This document shows, piece by piece, positions 19,513 to 29,060 of a stretch of 64,000 nt of DNA. How positions within the stretch are numbered: the stretch's first letter is position 1; each line of letters starts with the position of its first letter. The translations under genes and the position numbers were made by a program. Under the pieces are notes generated by a model. It was not told the DNA's origin. It made no database searches and was given only the letters and a program-made list of their open reading frames with translations. Source of the DNA: Candidatus Eiseniibacteriota bacterium (GTDB lineage Bacteria; Eisenbacteria; RBG-16-71-46; CAVPCR01); the NCBI GenBank assembly GCA_963702435.1, contig CAVPCR010000001.1:896001-960000 (forward strand), read 5' to 3'.

Positions 19513-21398
19513 GAGGCCGGCCGCGGGCTCCCGGCCGCCGCGTGCTCGCGCACGTTGAACTCGAGCTTCCAGCGCCGGTCGCTCTCGGCGCGGCTCACGC
19601 ACCAGATCTCGAGCGTGCCGATCTCGGTGACGCGCGAGACGAGCCGCACCGGAACCGTGGCGCCGCCCGGCGCCGCGCCCGCGACGGGCGGCAAGGTCGC
19701 CACCAGCGGCGCGAGCTCCTCGAGATCGTCCTGCTCCCAGCTCTCGACCACCGTGCCGATCCGATCCTCGGCACGCACGCTCGAGGCGAGAAGCCGGAAG
19801 GTCACCGCCTCTCCGACCTGGAGTCCGAACTCGCGCCCGGGAAGCGCGGCCTCGCTCCCTTCCTCCATGCCGAAGGGCGCGACACACACCGCCTTCTGCG
19901 GCGCCGGCACGCCGGGCACGGCGGGCGTCGCCGATTCGATGCCGATGTAATAGGCGCGCGCCGTGCCGCCGCGGATCCGGATCCCGCGCCCGCGCCGCGC
20001 GAGTCCGTAGTACGCCGCCCCGCGCGCCACCGCGAGATCGAGATCCGCGCTCTCGAGGAGCCGCACCTCGCCCCCGGCCCAGTCGCCGAGGACCTCGCGG
20101 ATGCGCGCGGCGAGGGCCGGCGCCTTCATGACGCCGCCGTTCATGAGCACCGCGGTCGGCATGCGCCCCGCAGGCAGGTGCCGCGCGAGGAAGTAGGCGA
20201 TGTGGCGCGTGATGGCGGGATCCGCCTCGTACGGCAGGCCGAGCTCGCGCATCCCGCTCCGTGCCGCGGGCGCCGGGTGCTCGTCGGCGCGGCAGGGGGG
20301 GAAGAAACCGTCGATGAGAAGACGCTCGACCTCCTCGCGCGTGAGCTCGGTGCGGAGCGAGCCGCCGACGAGCTTCGAGCCGCGCCCGAGAAGGACGATC
20401 GGCTCGCTGGCCGCGGCGGCGGGTCCCGCCGGGCCGCCGCTTCCGGGAGCGCCCGGCACTGCGGCACCGAGGAGCCGCTCCTTCGCCGCCCGCGCGCTGT
20501 GCCAGAGGCCCCGCAGCTGCCAGGCGTCGAGCGTGTGCCCCGCGCGCGCCAGCTTGGCCGCGACCGCGTGCGCAAGGGCGAGATCCATGTTGTCGCCGCC
20601 GAGGAGGAGGTGATCGCCGACCGCGACCCGCTCGAGCGTGAGATCGCCCGCTTCCTCCGCGACCGAGATCAGGCTCAGGTCGGTGGTGCCGCCGCCCACG
20701 TCGCAGACGAGGATGAGATCCCCGACGCGCACGAGATCGCGCCAGCGATCGCCCTCGTGATCGAGCCACGCGTAGAAGGCGGCCTGCGGCTCCTCGATGA
20801 GCGTCACCTGGGCGAGCCCCGCCTCGGCCGCGGCGCGCGCGGTCAGCTCGCGCGCCGCCGCATCGAAGGACGCGGGCACGGTCAGATAGACCTCCTGCTC
20901 TTCGAGGCGGAGGTGCTTGTCGGCGGCGGCCCTCTCCGCGTTCCATGCATCGCGGAGATGCTCGAGGATGCGCGTCTGCGCGGCGAGCGGCGAGAGACGC
21001 GGCACATCCTCCGGTGCTTCCCACGGCAGGATCGCCGCGGTGCGATCGACGCCCGCGTGCCGGAGCCACGACTTGGCGGAGGCGATGACCCGCCCCGGCA
21101 CCTCGGCGCCCCGCTCGCGTGCGAACTCGCCGACGCCGTAGTCGCGCCGCCTGGCCCACGGGAGATCGAGGCTCCCGGCGGGGAGATCGTGCTCGCCCGC
21201 GAGATAGATGAAGGACGGGAGGAGCGGTCGCAGCGCGACGTCGCCCGGCGCCGTTACCTGCGCGACCGGGAAGACGGCGATCGCAGCCTGGCGATCGCCG
21301 CGAGCGCTCGCGGCTCCGCCCGGCGCGTCCGCATCGACGGACGCCAGCACCGAGTTCGTCGTGCCGAGGTCGATGCCGACCACGTGGCGTGCCTTCAT
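19509..21398 (-). CDS. Atypical Hsp70 family protein (629 aa)
   Basis: GIDLGTTNS, TVPASFD, EEPQAAFY, DVGGGTTD, GGDNMD; ends ..RWKLEFNVR. Confidence 0.92.
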   Translation of the reverse strand: MKARHVVGIDLGTTNSVLASVDADAPGGAASARGDRQAAIAVFPVAQVTAPGDVALRPLLPSFIYLAGEHDLPAGSLDLPWARRRDYGVGEFARERGAEVPGRVIASAKSWLRHAGVDRTAAILPWEAPEDVPRLSPLAAQTRILEHLRDAWNAERAAADKHLRLEEQEVYLTVPASFDAAARELTARAAAEAGLAQVTLIEEPQAAFYAWLDHEGDRWRDLVRVGDLILVCDVGGGTTDLSLISVAEEAGDLTLERVAVGDHLLLGGDNMDLALAHAVAAKLARAGHTLDAWQLRGLWHSARAAKERLLGAAVPGAPGSGGPAGPAAAASEPIVLLGRGSKLVGGSLRTELTREEVERLLIDGFFPPCRADEHPAPAARSGMRELGLPYEADPAITRHIAYFLARHLPAGRMPTAVLMNGGVMKAPALAARIREVLGDWAGGEVRLLESADLDLAVARGAAYYGLARRGRGIRIRGGTARAYYIGIESATPAVPGVPAPQKAVCVAPFGMEEGSEAALPGREFGLQVGEAVTFRLLASSVRAEDRIGTVVESWEQDDLEELAPLVATLPPVAGAAPGGATVPVRLVSRVTEIGTLEIWCVSRAESDRRWKLEFNVREHAAAGSPRPAS

Positions 21399-21441
21399 CG
21401 CCGTGCCTTCATCGCTGCGCCTTCATCGCCGTGCCTTCGTC
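21391..21441. repeat. 14-bp tandem repeat (GCCTTCATCGCCGT consensus, ~3.7 copies) overlapping the Hsp70 start codon
   Basis: gccttcatcgccgt gccttcatcgctgc gccttcatcgccgt gccttcgtc. Confidence 0.85.
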
Positions 21442-21467
21442 CACGGATCCGCGTATCCACCTGCCCG

Positions 21468-22103
21468 CTAGCCGATCTCGACTTCGGCCGGAGCGACGAT
21501 CGACGGATCCTGCCCGAGCGGGTCGGCGGGGAGCTCGACCCGACGCGTGCGCCAGCCGCGATGGCGGAGGATGCCGCGGAACGGCGGCTTGCCGCTCACG
21601 TTCCCGGTGAGCCGGATGGCCGAGGCATCGAAGTCGCGCTCGACGAGGACGCGCGCCCCCTCATCCTCGCTCCGCACCGGCTCGAGCGCGAGATGCTCGT
21701 CGAGCACCTTGCGGCAGCTCGCATGGATCGCGCGCACCGCGGCGCCGACCTGGGCGTCGGGATAGGCCGCGATGTCCTCGCGCAGGAAGTCGACGAGACG
21801 GCCCTCCCGCTGGAGGAGCGCGAGCAGCGCCACGGCCGGATCGCGGCGCACGATCTTCTCCCCCGGCTTGACCTCCGTCCGCGCGATCGCCCCCGCGAAG
21901 TCGAGCCAGGCGATGAGGACGGCGCCGGCGAAGGCGACGAGCCCGCCCGCCACCGCGGCGACCGATCCCGGGCCGGCGAAGATCGTCGCCGCGCTCGGCG
22001 CGATCCCCGCCGCGTCGGCGAACAGCACGCCCACGATGGCCGCCACGACGAGCCCGACGAAGGCGGCGGCAATGATGGTGCGCAGAACGGGAAACCTGGG
22101 CAT
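21468..22103 (-). CDS. DUF2760-like membrane-anchored protein
   Basis: Two N-terminal hydrophobic helices, then ALLALLQREGRLVDFLREDI..VGAAVRAIH..G.L.HRGW..IVAPAEVEI. Confidence 0.85.
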   Translation of the reverse strand: MPRFPVLRTIIAAAFVGLVVAAIVGVLFADAAGIAPSAATIFAGPGSVAAVAGGLVAFAGAVLIAWLDFAGAIARTEVKPGEKIVRRDPAVALLALLQREGRLVDFLREDIAAYPDAQVGAAVRAIHASCRKVLDEHLALEPVRSEDEGARVLVERDFDASAIRLTGNVSGKPPFRGILRHRGWRTRRVELPADPLGQDPSIVAPAEVEIG

Positions 22104-22171
22104 GAAGAACCTCCCTCTGGGAATGTGCGGGCGACGATTGTGACACGGCGGCGCGGCGAGGGGAAGGGGCG

Positions 22172-23785
22172 TTACGACGGGCCCCGGTGCGCGCGGCGGC
22201 GCAAGACCCAGAAGTCGCCCTGCCGCCACGCCGGCTCGTAGCGGGCCGCCACGAAAGCGTGGAGCGCCGGCATCCGGAGGAGCTGGGTCACCGAGTCGGC
22301 GTCCTCGATGTCGTTCGCATCGCCGCTCACGACCAGGATGAGCGCGGGCGGGTGCGCTTCGAGATCGGCCATGAGCTCCGCCACGTAGCGCTCGTGCACG
22401 GCGGTGAAACGCGGCATGAGCGGGTAGTCGTAGAAGAAGCGGGTCGCCGGCCGGCGCTCCGCAAAGACGTAGATCCCCGGCTCGAAGCCCCACACGAAGA
22501 TCCGATCATCCGGGCGCGTCTCCGCCTTCACCCGCTTCGCGACCTCGAGCGTCTCGAGGAAATCGTAGTCGGTGCCGCCCCAGCGGTAGGTGGCAAGGAC
22601 AGCGCGCCGCTCGTCACCGTCCATCCCGATCAACCGGAGCCGGTGCTCCTGCCCGTACTCGTACACGAGCCGGCCATAGGGCGCGAGCAGGATCGCGAGC
22701 CCCGCCGCGCAGAGGACCGCCGCCCCCGCCCCGCGGAGTCGCGTGCGTGCGAGTGCGGCATGCGCGATCGCGATCCCCGCGCTCGCCATGATCACGAGCG
22801 GGACGAGCACGACGCGATAGTGGTAATCCCAGAACTTGCCCTGCCAGAAGACCTGACCGAGCGCGAGAAGCCAGGCCAGGGCGCCCCAGAGGAGAAGTCG
22901 CGCCGCGCCGCGCGAGGCCGCGTCCTGCCGCACGCGCGGCACGAGGAGGAGCAGCACACCGAAAGCCGTCGCGGCGTAGAGCGGCAAGAGCTCGCCGGGG
23001 AGATAGAAGACCTTCGGCCCGGGCAATGTCGTGCGCGAGAGCTGAGCGACCGCCCCGTGCAACAGGTTGAAGGTGACGGTCGCCGTCCAGAACGCATCGA
23101 GCCGGCCGCCCAGCGCGAGATGGGCGAGCCAGGCGAGCACCGGCGCGAGGAGACCCGCCATGAAGGCGGCCAGCGCCGGGAGCGCCGCCCGCGGCGGACC
23201 CGGCTCGCGAGCCTGCCTGACGAGCGCGAGCAGGACGAGAAGCGCCGCCAGGATGGCCGGGTACTTGAATCCGGCGAGCGCGGCGACGGCGAGCCCCGCA
23301 CCAAGGAACCGGGTCCGCCCTCCGCCCGGCTCCACGAGCAGGAACAGCGCCGCCGCCAGAAACGGCTCCATCAGCACTTCAGCCTGCGCCGTGCCCCAGA
23401 AACCGCTCCATGCGGGGCCGGCGTGATAGAGGATGTAGAGCAGCGCCCCGGCACCCACCGCCAACCAGGATGATGTGTGCCGCCGGACGAGGAGCACGAG
23501 GAGGAGCGCGGTGATCCCGCCCGCCACCCAGTGGAGAAGATGGGCAGCCTCGCCGCCGCGACCGGCGACAGCCTGCGCGAGCGCGTAGGCAAAGAGAATC
23601 GCGGGCGGCTTGTGTTCCCAGATCTCGGTGTAGAGCGACCCGCCGTCGAGGAGCGCCGCCGACTCGGCCAGGAAGAGGCTCTGATCACGCCCCGGCGGTT
23701 CGCTCCAGAAGGGGAGCCACCAGGCAACAGCGATCACACCGGCCAGGAGGAGGGGGAACAGGAATCGCGAGCGCGCGCTGGACAT
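22172..23785 (-). CDS. GT-C fold glycosyltransferase (family 39/ArnT-like)
   Basis: RDQSLF..LYTEIWEHKPP N-terminal loop, multiple TM segments, periplasmic C-terminus (DRIFVWG). Confidence 0.8.
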   Translation of the reverse strand: MSSARSRFLFPLLLAGVIAVAWWLPFWSEPPGRDQSLFLAESAALLDGGSLYTEIWEHKPPAILFAYALAQAVAGRGGEAAHLLHWVAGGITALLLVLLVRRHTSSWLAVGAGALLYILYHAGPAWSGFWGTAQAEVLMEPFLAAALFLLVEPGGGRTRFLGAGLAVAALAGFKYPAILAALLVLLALVRQAREPGPPRAALPALAAFMAGLLAPVLAWLAHLALGGRLDAFWTATVTFNLLHGAVAQLSRTTLPGPKVFYLPGELLPLYAATAFGVLLLLVPRVRQDAASRGAARLLLWGALAWLLALGQVFWQGKFWDYHYRVVLVPLVIMASAGIAIAHAALARTRLRGAGAAVLCAAGLAILLAPYGRLVYEYGQEHRLRLIGMDGDERRAVLATYRWGGTDYDFLETLEVAKRVKAETRPDDRIFVWGFEPGIYVFAERRPATRFFYDYPLMPRFTAVHERYVAELMADLEAHPPALILVVSGDANDIEDADSVTQLLRMPALHAFVAARYEPAWRQGDFWVLRRRAHRGPS

Positions 23786-23841
23786 CGGGTGGAGTCACCG
23801 ACCCGCAGGGCGATCCCGCGGGATCGTGACCTCAGCACCAT

Positions 23842-23920
23842 ATCATGGCGCCGCATCACGGGGCCGCATCACGGCGCCGCATCATGGCGCCGCGATCACG
23901 GGGCCGCATCATGGCGCCGC
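23842..23920. repeat. 13-bp tandem repeat ATCAYGGSGCCGC x6 in a divergent intergenic region
   Basis: Six units read directly, with one extra G at 23894. Confidence 0.95.
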
Positions 23921-24045
23921 CCCCGACTCCCCGACTGGACCCGGCCCCCCGCCGAGATTCCCGTTGAGCGCCCGGGCCGCCTCTGCTACAAAGGCAAGGA
24001 ACACCGCATGCCCCGCAACGAGCAGTGCCCCGACAGGTTGGAGCG

Positions 24046-25995
24046 ATGAACCTATTCCTGGTCGGGTGGAATCTGCCTCGCGGGCTCCGGGCGCGCATCC
24101 CGCGCGAGTTCGAGCGCATGCTCGAGATCTATCCGCAGCTCGATCCGCGCACCTTCCGGTGTTCGGAGGTCGGCGAGCGCGCGGTGGTGGCGACTCTCAC
24201 CACGGACGAAGCGGTCGCCGCGCCCCGGCGTTACGTCCATCTGAGCCCGCCCCCCCCCGCGGCCCCGACGATCGCCGTCCTCTACGACGGAAGCCTCGTC
24301 GATCGCCGCGGCGGATTCACCGCGCTCGACGCGCAGGCGCTGGCCCGGCACTGGGACGATCTCCCCGATCGCCTCGTCGGGCAGTTCGTCCTGGCTCGCG
24401 CCACCGCCGAGCCGCCGCGGCTCGACATTGTCACCGATCCTCTCGGCTTCCATCAGGCGTACGTGCGGAGCGCCGGTGAAGGATGGCTCGCGAGCAACAG
24501 CGTGCGCCTCCTCGGGCGACTCGCCGGGACGGCGGGAATCGATCCGGTCGCCGCGAGCCACATGCTCGCCCTGGGCTGGGTGGGGGAAGATCGCACGCTC
24601 GACCCCGCCGTCCGTGTCATTCCCGGCGGCGTGCGCTGGACGTGGGACGCCGCACATGCCGGGCCCACGGCCTCGACCTACGCGCCGCGCACTCGTCTCG
24701 CGCACATGCCGCGGCCCCGCTCGCGACAGACGCTGATCGCGGCCCTGGCCGCGGATCTCGTCACCACCTGCCGGCGATTCGAGTCCACCTACGGGCGGCT
24801 GACCTGCCCGCTCACCGCCGGCCGCGACTCGCGCGTCCTCGCCGCGCTTCTCATCGCCGGTGAGATCGACGCCCTCTATTACACCTCGGGCGAGAACGGT
24901 TCGCCCGACGTCGAGATCGGGCGGGGCATCGCCGCGCGCTGCGGACTCGAGCACGAGGTGCGGGAGCAGCCGGCCGGGCTGGTGATCCAGGCCTGGGACG
25001 GCGCGACCGACCGCCTCCTGCAGCAGGGCGACGGATTGATCTCGCTCATCCAGGTCGCCGACATGGCGGAGAAGTCGGGGCCCGTCGAGCGACTGCAGCT
25101 CGGGCTGTGGGGCATCGGCGGCGAGATCGCGCGCGGCCACTGGAGCGACCCCCGCCACATCGCGCTCACTCCATCGCCTGCCGACATCGAGTCCTATCTC
25201 ACCCGGTTTCTGGTCGGCCATCACGGCGGGCTCCTGACCCCGGCCGCGGTAGCTCATGTCCGCGCCTACGTGACCGATTTCGTGGCGCACTCGCTCGCCG
25301 ACGGCTTCCGGCCGATCGACGTGCCCGATGTCTTCTACGCGGAGGAAAGGGCGCGGCGCTGGGGCGGATCGAACGAACGAAAGGCCATGACCAGGGGCGA
25401 CCGGTTCACTCCCTTCGTCTCACGCGCATTCATCGACGCAGCCTTCTCGTTCTCGGCGCGCGAGCGCATGACCGAACCGCTCCACGTCGGCCTGATCAGG
25501 CATCTCGCCCCACCGCTCTACGATCTCCCGCTCGCCAAGGCGCCGTGGCGATCGCAGGTGCCGGCGCTCCACTTCCTGCGGTGGGCATGGCAGCAGGCGC
25601 CGCCGCCGCTCGCGCGCCTGCGCGGGCCCGCGCCCGCCGCGACCGCGACGAGCGGGGTGCGCGCGTTCGAGCACGCCGTCTGGCTCGAGGCGAAGCTCGG
25701 CTGGATCCGCGAGCTATGTCTCGAACAGCACGATGCGCGCCTCTGGGATCTCGTCGATCGCGCCACATTCGAGCGCGTGACGGCGCCGGGCTCCAATCCG
25801 GCCGTACGCCGCGATGCGGTGCGCGGGCTCTACCATGTGGCGACCGTGTTCGCCTGGAACGCGGCGCTCACGGCCGATCGCACGCTGCCGAACGCGGCGC
25901 TCACGGCCGATCGCACGCTGCTGCGGGCGCCGGAGCACCCCGGAGAGAACGGGCCGGACAGCGCCGCGCGGCGTGCGGCAGCCGGCTGGAGCTAG
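24046..25995 (+). CDS. Asparagine synthetase-like protein (AsnB-like ATP pyrophosphatase, no N-terminal Cys)
   Basis: GQFVLA..TDPLG (Ntn-like part); PP-loop-like LTAGRDSR; GIGGEIARG. Confidence 0.75.
   Translation: MNLFLVGWNLPRGLRARIPREFERMLEIYPQLDPRTFRCSEVGERAVVATLTTDEAVAAPRRYVHLSPPPPAAPTIAVLYDGSLVDRRGGFTALDAQALARHWDDLPDRLVGQFVLARATAEPPRLDIVTDPLGFHQAYVRSAGEGWLASNSVRLLGRLAGTAGIDPVAASHMLALGWVGEDRTLDPAVRVIPGGVRWTWDAAHAGPTASTYAPRTRLAHMPRPRSRQTLIAALAADLVTTCRRFESTYGRLTCPLTAGRDSRVLAALLIAGEIDALYYTSGENGSPDVEIGRGIAARCGLEHEVREQPAGLVIQAWDGATDRLLQQGDGLISLIQVADMAEKSGPVERLQLGLWGIGGEIARGHWSDPRHIALTPSPADIESYLTRFLVGHHGGLLTPAAVAHVRAYVTDFVAHSLADGFRPIDVPDVFYAEERARRWGGSNERKAMTRGDRFTPFVSRAFIDAAFSFSARERMTEPLHVGLIRHLAPPLYDLPLAKAPWRSQVPALHFLRWAWQQAPPPLARLRGPAPAATATSGVRAFEHAVWLEAKLGWIRELCLEQHDARLWDLVDRATFERVTAPGSNPAVRRDAVRGLYHVATVFAWNAALTADRTLPNAALTADRTLLRAPEHPGENGPDSAARRAAAGWS
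25858..25923 (+). repeat. 33-bp in-frame tandem duplication (NAALTADRTL x2) near the AsnB-like C-terminus
   Basis: Read directly from the sequence. Confidence 0.9.
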
Positions 25996-28061
25996 CGCTC
26001 GAGCCGGTGCCGGGGGCCGCCCGGCGGTGAGGGGGGGATCGCCGCCGGCTCCCCCTCGCGCGTGAGGCGCGCGGCGAGCCCCGCGCTCCGAGCGGTGTCG
26101 TACGCCTGCACGCTGAACACCTTCGCCACGTCGATCGCGGGACGCCCCGGCTTCCGCACCTTCTGGAGAAGGATCGCACCCCAGGAGAGCGGAACGAGCA
26201 CGAACGTCGGCAGCCAGATCACCTTGAGATCGGGGTTGGTGCGGCGGAGCGTGGAAAGGAGTTCGCGCTTCGTCGGCAGCACCGGATCGAGCAGGTTGAG
26301 CCGCGCCGGCGCCTCCTCCCAGTGATCCACCATCCACGCGAGAATGCGCCCCGCGAACCCGACGTCCACGACCCCGAGCCGCTGCCCGGGCGATCCGACG
26401 GCGACGAAGAAGCTTCCGAGACGCTTGCCGAGCCGGCCCGGCGGGTCGAGATCCCGGTAGTCGACGAGCGCACCGGGGCGCACCACCTTGACGTCGATAC
26501 CGAGCTCCTGGCCGAGGCGAATGGCGAGACGCTCCGACTCGAGCTTGCCCCACACGTAGGGGCCGGAGCCGCGGCTGTCCGGCTCCAGCGGGTCTTCGTC
26601 GGCGATCGGCCGGCCGCCGTGCTTCGCGAGCACGGCGAGGCTCGAGACATGGATGAAGCGGCGCACGCCGGCTGCCGCCGCAGCGCGCAGCATCTGCTCG
26701 GTCGCATCGAGCGAGTTCCGCTGATGCTCGTCCCAGCCGCCCGCCGTTTCGGCCGCGGCGTGGATCACGGTGTCGGCGCCGGCGAAGGCGGCCGCCGGCA
26801 CCTGGACCGCCACGTCGGCGATCGCGTAGTCGACGCTCAGGTCGCGGCTCCAGGACGGCGGCACACGCCGGGCGAGGACCCGCACCGCACGCCCGCGCGT
26901 CATGAGCGCGCGCACCGTCTCGACACCGAGGACGCCGGTGCCGCCCGTGACGACGACGCCGCGGCCGGTGAGCGGCAGGGGCTTCACCGCGGCCAGCACC
27001 TCGGCCTCGGCGCGCTCGAGCACGCTCGCCACCTGCTCCGAGATACGCACGGTCCCGAGAATGCTCTCCGGCGAGAGCGGCGACGGGCCGCCGGCGCGGA
27101 TCGCGCCGTAGAACGCCTGGAAGAGCTCGGCGAGACCGGGATAGCTCCGTTGCTTCTTCAAGAAGCGCCGGCCGAGTGCGCCGGTCGTGCCGAAGAGGAG
27201 CTGCCACATCTGCTGGTACGGCGCCGCGAGCTTGTCGAGCCCGGAGGTGCCGGGGCCGATTGTGCGCTGCACGGTGCTCCGCACGTAGTCGGCGAAGAGG
27301 AGCCCGTTCCGGCCGACGATCCGGAGGTAGCTCTCGACCGGACGGCCTTCGAGCGTCACGACGAGGGTGCCCGTCACGTCGCCCTGGCGGACGAGTGCGT
27401 GCACGGTGCCGCCGCGGCTCACGCGGAGGCTCACGAGCTCGACCGGGCCGGCGCTCACCATCTCGAGGAAGTTGAGGAGCAGATAGACCGGATGCGGCAG
27501 GATGTCGAGGAGCTGCTGGTCCGGGCGGAGCGCGGCGCGGCCGCCGACGAGATGGCGCACCGGGCGGAAGGCGAAGTAGCTCTCGATGTGAGCGATGGGG
27601 CCGAGCGCCGGCAGGTACTGCCTGAGGATCGCGGTCGGCGGCTCGTAGAGGAGCTGATGTCCAGCGCAGACCTTGAGACCGCGCGCCGCCGCGAGATCGA
27701 GGATGGCGGTCGCCTCGGCCGCGGTCGGCGTGAACGGCTTCTCGACATAGACGTGGGCGCCCGCTTCGAGGACGAGCCGCGCCACCGCGGCGTGCGTGGG
27801 GGGCGGCGTGCACACATGCACGACGTCGGGGCGCGCGACCGCCAGCAACGCCTCCGGCGTCAGGTGGGTCTCGATCCCGGGAGCGATCGCCTCGATCGCG
27901 GCGCGGGCCGCGGCCGCCGGATCGGCGACCGCGACGAGCGTCGCCTCGGGCAAGCGGAGGATCGCGCGCGCGTGGTGCCCGGCATGCTTGCCGGCACCGA
28001 TGAGCGCGACGCGCAGCGGGGATGAGGGTGGGCTCGGGTGACTCGGGCCCGGCTGGACCAT
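25992..28061 (-). CDS. Fusion of a Gfo/Idh/MocA oxidoreductase and an NAD-dependent epimerase/dehydratase
   Basis: ALIGAGKHA..HVCTPP..VYVEKP N-terminal half; VTGGTGVLG..HVSSLAV..YVWGK (YxxxK) C-terminal half. Confidence 0.85.
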   Translation of the reverse strand: MVQPGPSHPSPPSSPLRVALIGAGKHAGHHARAILRLPEATLVAVADPAAAARAAIEAIAPGIETHLTPEALLAVARPDVVHVCTPPPTHAAVARLVLEAGAHVYVEKPFTPTAAEATAILDLAAARGLKVCAGHQLLYEPPTAILRQYLPALGPIAHIESYFAFRPVRHLVGGRAALRPDQQLLDILPHPVYLLLNFLEMVSAGPVELVSLRVSRGGTVHALVRQGDVTGTLVVTLEGRPVESYLRIVGRNGLLFADYVRSTVQRTIGPGTSGLDKLAAPYQQMWQLLFGTTGALGRRFLKKQRSYPGLAELFQAFYGAIRAGGPSPLSPESILGTVRISEQVASVLERAEAEVLAAVKPLPLTGRGVVVTGGTGVLGVETVRALMTRGRAVRVLARRVPPSWSRDLSVDYAIADVAVQVPAAAFAGADTVIHAAAETAGGWDEHQRNSLDATEQMLRAAAAAGVRRFIHVSSLAVLAKHGGRPIADEDPLEPDSRGSGPYVWGKLESERLAIRLGQELGIDVKVVRPGALVDYRDLDPPGRLGKRLGSFFVAVGSPGQRLGVVDVGFAGRILAWMVDHWEEAPARLNLLDPVLPTKRELLSTLRRTNPDLKVIWLPTFVLVPLSWGAILLQKVRKPGRPAIDVAKVFSVQAYDTARSAGLAARLTREGEPAAIPPSPPGGPRHRLER

Positions 28062-28238
28062 GCAGGCACTCTCCTCGGACGGCCGCAAGCTTCGATCCGA
28101 AAGCCGGAGGAGGCTACCACAGGGCGCGGGGGCGGCGCGGCGGGCCGGATCTCGAAGCCCTTTCGCTCCGGGCGGGCGCAGATGGTCTATCCTATGTATG
28201 GTGAGTTCATAGGGTGAGCTGCGGTGGTGTGAGGCGAG

Positions 28239-28745
28239 ATGAAACGAGTCGCAGAACTCCTCAACTCCATGCGTGCTGCCGGCGTCGTCTCCGACTACGC
28301 TCTCTTCGGCGCTACCGCTCAGATGCGCTATACGGAAGCAGTGGTCACGCTCCATGCCGACGTCCTGGTCAAGGTACCCGACCCCGCCCGCCTGGATGTC
28401 CTCCAGCCGATCTACGCGTTCTGCGCAGCCCGGGGCTACCCGCCCGAGGGAGAGGCTGTGCGCGTCGGAGCCTGGCCGGTCCAGTTCATCCCGGTCTTCA
28501 GCGAGCTGACGAGGGAGGCCGTCGACAAGGCGGAGACGGCCGACTACGAGGGGACCCCTCTCCGTGTCGTGGGTCCGGACTACCTGGCCACGATCGCCCT
28601 CGAGGTGGGGCGCGCCAAGGACTTCGCGCGCATCCTGGCGCTCCTCGATGCCGCGAGCGTCACGAATGAACGCATCGCTGAGCTTGCGAGCCGGCACGGG
28701 CTCGGCGGCGCGTGGATCCGCTTCCAGGCGAGGTTTCTCGAATGA
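28239..28745 (+). CDS. Pol-beta-like nucleotidyltransferase family protein (TA-associated type)
   Basis: YALFGATA..TLHADVLV..VQFIP..GRAKD motif pattern. Confidence 0.7.
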   Translation: MKRVAELLNSMRAAGVVSDYALFGATAQMRYTEAVVTLHADVLVKVPDPARLDVLQPIYAFCAARGYPPEGEAVRVGAWPVQFIPVFSELTREAVDKAETADYEGTPLRVVGPDYLATIALEVGRAKDFARILALLDAASVTNERIAELASRHGLGGAWIRFQARFLE

Positions 28746-28993
28746 CCACGCTCCGGGAGACTCTCGAACGGCAGGCCAGGTGGCAACGAGAGCGGGCGCA
28801 ACTCTCCTGGCCCGAGAAGATCCGGCTCGCAGAGGTGATGCGGGAAGCGCTCCTCGTGCTGCGTGCCGGGAGGCCGCCGCGCGAGCAACCGCGCGAGCAG
28901 CCACCCGAGCAGCCGCCCGAGCAGCCGCGCGAGCAGCCGCGCGAGCAGCCACCCGAGCATCCAGCAGCGGAGCCCCCGGGCGATGGTTCCTAG
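28742..28993 (+). CDS. Small partner protein (..LSWPEKIR..) with a P[R/P]EQ repeat tail
   Basis: ATGA overlap with the nucleotidyltransferase stop. Confidence 0.65.
   Translation: MTTLRETLERQARWQRERAQLSWPEKIRLAEVMREALLVLRAGRPPREQPREQPPEQPPEQPREQPREQPPEHPAAEPPGDGS
28877..28960 (+). repeat. 12-bp tandem repeat x7 encoding P[R/P]E[Q/H]
   Basis: ccgcgcgagcag / ccacccgagcag variants. Confidence 0.9.
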
Positions 28994-29060
28994 CTCCCGC
29001 CCTGGTTCCCCGCCCTAGATCCCCGTTGCCGCCCGCCCCCGCCTCTGCTAAGAACGCCCC

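Noticed and set aside
23842..23920. Possible CRISPR array
   Set aside because: The 13-bp units are contiguous with no spacers, and there are no cas genes in the window.
24046..25995. Lasso peptide cyclase / RiPP cluster
   Set aside because: No precursor, B1/B2 or transporter gene is adjacent; the neighbours are glycan genes.
28062..28952. N-terminal 297-aa extension of the Gfo/Idh ORF
   Set aside because: It is antisense to the NTase pair and its repeat; the Rossmann motif begins just after ATG 28061.
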